A DNA stretch of 39,515 nucleotides from Nematocida ausubeli (Eukaryota), in assembly GCF_000738915.1 (NCBI RefSeq), contig NW_026515638.1:642882-682396 (forward strand). The letters are read 5' to 3'. The translations under genes and the position numbers were made by a program. The notes under the pieces are model-generated. The model saw nothing but the letters and a program-made list of their open reading frames with translations. It was not told the origin of the DNA and searched no databases. This document shows positions 38,001-39,515 of this stretch, one piece after another (position 1 is the stretch's first letter; the number at the start of each line of letters is the position of its first letter).

Positions 38001-39487
38001 GCCCTAGCTGCATCGGGCATATTGTTAATTGCGCTAATTACTTTGCTGTCAAAGGATTGCATCATGTCTTGCTCCCATGTTCGAGGCGGTGGCGTAGGAT
38101 CTATCCTTGCAGAAGGTGCTTCTGTGGTCTGCGGAGCCTGCTCTCGCCTGCTTCCACCAGTATTCGCGTGGGATCTGCTGCTGGAGGGGTGCTGGTTCTC
38201 GCTGTGCACAGATCCTCGGTGGGAAGAAGGCGTATGTGCAGTGTGTGGTTTGTTTTGCAATGGCTGTCCTCTTTCCTGGTGTATTGGCTGTCCTCTTGCT
38301 CGGTGTATTGAATGCTCTCTTTTCTGGTGTATATACTGGTCAAATGGACACTTGGTGTCTTTTACGCGCATTCTCTGCTTCGCATTAGCTCTATTGTTAA
38401 TCGTATTAATATACTGCATAATTCCATTCGACACGTTATCAACAAACTCTATCTCGCTGGCCATCACTGCCATCCCGCTCTTTAAAAAGCCCTGTGCTGC
38501 AGGCATATATCTCTTATCTGTTGGGCCTTTTGCAGACAGCAGACTCTCAATGTTTTCTGCCTCTTTTTGAAGATTGCGTTCGAACTCCTGCACTAGGCCG
38601 TAGTATCGCTGCACTGCTCTCTGCAATTCCTTCTTTATGCCGTGAACCTGTGTGTGAAGGGCCCTGTCTGCCCGAAACTCTTCTATTTTGGATGTGAGGA
38701 GAGAGAACGTTTCGTTAATCTCCCACTCTGCACCTTCTATACTGAAAGAAATGCCTTTTTGAAGCTGGCCGCTGTTTCTTTTGTATATTCCTATCATATC
38801 CATCATGTGGACTAACAGAGCCTGCACTTGGTGCGCGCCATTGCTCACCAGATGCTTAAACAGATGCAAGTCCTTTGCCAGTGCGTCCCTTCTGGGGCGT
38901 GTAGCATGTATGTGCTCAGAACACTCTTCACCTGGCGCTCTGTTTCTGCCTAACCCAGGGCTGCAGTTGTTCTGTGTCATTTCCAGCACTGCTGCATCGA
39001 CTTGCTCTACCCACGCCATGAAGTTTTGGATCTCGAGCAGCCTGTATGTCTGCAGAGCTTTGAGCATGTCGTAGAAAGCCACCACGCGGCGCGGGGACAC
39101 AAACTGTAAGTTTTCTTGGAGATGCTGCTGCATGCTCTCATACTCCTCCATCATCAGATGGGTGAACGCATTTGCATCTCCGTAGCACAGGCTGAGCTTG
39201 TCTACAAATACACTCTCTTCTGCAGCTCTTGCCCCCCGGGTGTCTCCTACTTGGCTGCACGTGTTTGCCACTAGTCCGTCTGCAATTTCCTTCTGTTCAT
39301 TGGACCCTAGTGCTGCAGAGCTCATCAGGGCTCGCGCAAGTGGCAGCTCCCCGGGTCTTTCTACTTGCTTATATTTTATGCTGTGTGTCTGCCCAGCACT
39401 GCTTCCCGTCACAGGATCTGCTGAATCAACCAGAAGAAACAGCTTGTCGGGAAGATCCCTGCGCATCGCGATCCTACTGCTAAACAT
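35069..39487 (-). CDS. Large lineage-specific protein with coiled-coil core and mucin-like T/E/P/S-rich repeat region; possibly 5'-truncated
   Basis: 1472 aa from ATG 39487, but the frame stays open to the window end (REVADTPYF-M...). Heptad-rich middle region; PTETNI/PTETTISSE repeats; basic C-terminus KARKPNRRKK. Confidence 0.8.
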   Translation of the reverse strand: MFSSRIAMRRDLPDKLFLLVDSADPVTGSSAGQTHSIKYKQVERPGELPLARALMSSAALGSNEQKEIADGLVANTCSQVGDTRGARAAEESVFVDKLSLCYGDANAFTHLMMEEYESMQQHLQENLQFVSPRRVVAFYDMLKALQTYRLLEIQNFMAWVEQVDAAVLEMTQNNCSPGLGRNRAPGEECSEHIHATRPRRDALAKDLHLFKHLVSNGAHQVQALLVHMMDMIGIYKRNSGQLQKGISFSIEGAEWEINETFSLLTSKIEEFRADRALHTQVHGIKKELQRAVQRYYGLVQEFERNLQKEAENIESLLSAKGPTDKRYMPAAQGFLKSGMAVMASEIEFVDNVSNGIMQYINTINNRANAKQRMRVKDTKCPFDQYIHQKREHSIHRARGQPIHQERGQPLQNKPHTAHTPSSHRGSVHSENQHPSSSRSHANTGGSRREQAPQTTEAPSARIDPTPPPRTWEQDMMQSFDSKVISAINNMPDAARANAAAWLRKSLAAGDIQLSHAAELDAQSTLHPANNFLLQPSAQRKVADRIHSSRQKEKDASAEIESLKDTLRALKDETTKLSSTYSTIESRISQERNTTAEAHTHISSLQKDVSALNRDTQAILKQIAQTKTAIEEYEEKQSVHLGSRRNMQAKIDALLEETGFGAGNTGLLKGSPDEKGCDSKKSIEPLRAMLVQEKAAVEVAASQASEALEHIGQSTRKVDAHLNQTVAFESACQVNMLSDAGVSSLSLAQTVLSSVCKSVDQALHPNASASSNGTAQSKCFEYSEEAARLHEDAANHCSYWPLVQEGICEQVSMEDQYAQTLQDLSSEIKHILAEIEETGIANEADLDSKDKAIQKIVSETVNIRAQLDETLTQIREGLTRTSTASGASITPNGPEHSKKYKTASQTLDMIGASAASLEEAESRAIARNVRAEKDLQQCLQDHAGAEGSGASSVFSEYPTEEHTTTEYQPGTVGQKDEEQIDTSTPVPQQTITAEETPTPPPQEPSIPGTAATSLDDLPENKTEASNMPEVHNEPSDSRGKEPEANTSPSKETLISEGPTVSDNPAHIEKTPPIEELPEINSPRTEALISEEKSSSETPATSKSSFASSLDTPTETNITPTETTISSEPAITSTEHTTPTETNIVSSDTDIPINTNIVSTEPTTPTEPNISIETTISSESAIISTDPTTLTETNIPTEPNIASTDPTIPTETNIPTETNIVFTEKTISNEPTTPTETTISSESVIHTETNIDSTDSILPTETNIPTELNIVSSEPAILTETTTPTETIISNEPTTPTETTISSNPTAPTETNISTETTIPTEPNISGDSAPLTETNITPTEPNIAFTEPTTPTETTTSSETNIAFSEPAITSSDPTTPTETTTSSETTTPSEPTTAEPTTTFAKTPTTTPSTPAKDVSPYVNSTAQNSSEASAIEDPALQKARKPNRRKKIFNNPLKFKKLPQINRTANEGNIF
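35260..36160 (-). repeat. Coding degenerate repeat array built mostly from 18-bp (6-aa) modules
   Basis: PTETNI, PTEPNI, PTETTI, SSEPAI and STEPTT modules; on the + strand AATATTAG(T/G)CTC(A/T)GT and AGTTGTCTC recur throughout. Confidence 0.9.
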
Positions 39488-39515
39488 AAAATAAGGCGTG
39501 TCTGCTACTTCTCTG

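Noticed and set aside
1..39515. Spliceosomal introns, rRNA genes, transposase or reverse transcriptase genes, and horizontally acquired bacterial genes
   Set aside because: All recognisable genes are continuous ORFs of eukaryotic type; I saw no rRNA or mobile-element signatures by eye.

Overview
Compact, intronless eukaryotic DNA with divergent housekeeping genes. It is best read as a microsporidian genome, probably Nematocida-like; this is inferred from gene content, gene density and protein divergence, not from a database match. Recognisable genes: RPN2 (partial, absent from the ORF track), a Sec1/Munc18 protein, a diflavin reductase lacking its FMN domain, TFIIA-gamma, Mps1 kinase, GID8, a Nup98/Nup116-type GLEBS nucleoporin, CCT4, MCM7, tRNA-Thr(CGT), an ARID protein, a beta-adaptin trunk, glyoxalase II and a CARP-only cyclase-associated protein. 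Between them lie lineage-specific secreted or membrane repeat proteins with longer AT-rich flanks. Top leads: (1) an exact 13-mer, ATATAACCCGAAT, recurring in intergenic DNA; (2) a 63-aa ORF resembling a minimal RNA Pol I A34.5 subunit that starts 17 nt after a tRNA gene; (3) a 350-aa protein with DEAD-box architecture but no catalytic motifs; (4) four bidirectional promoters of about 26-34 bp. No CRISPR array, rRNA or transposase was seen.
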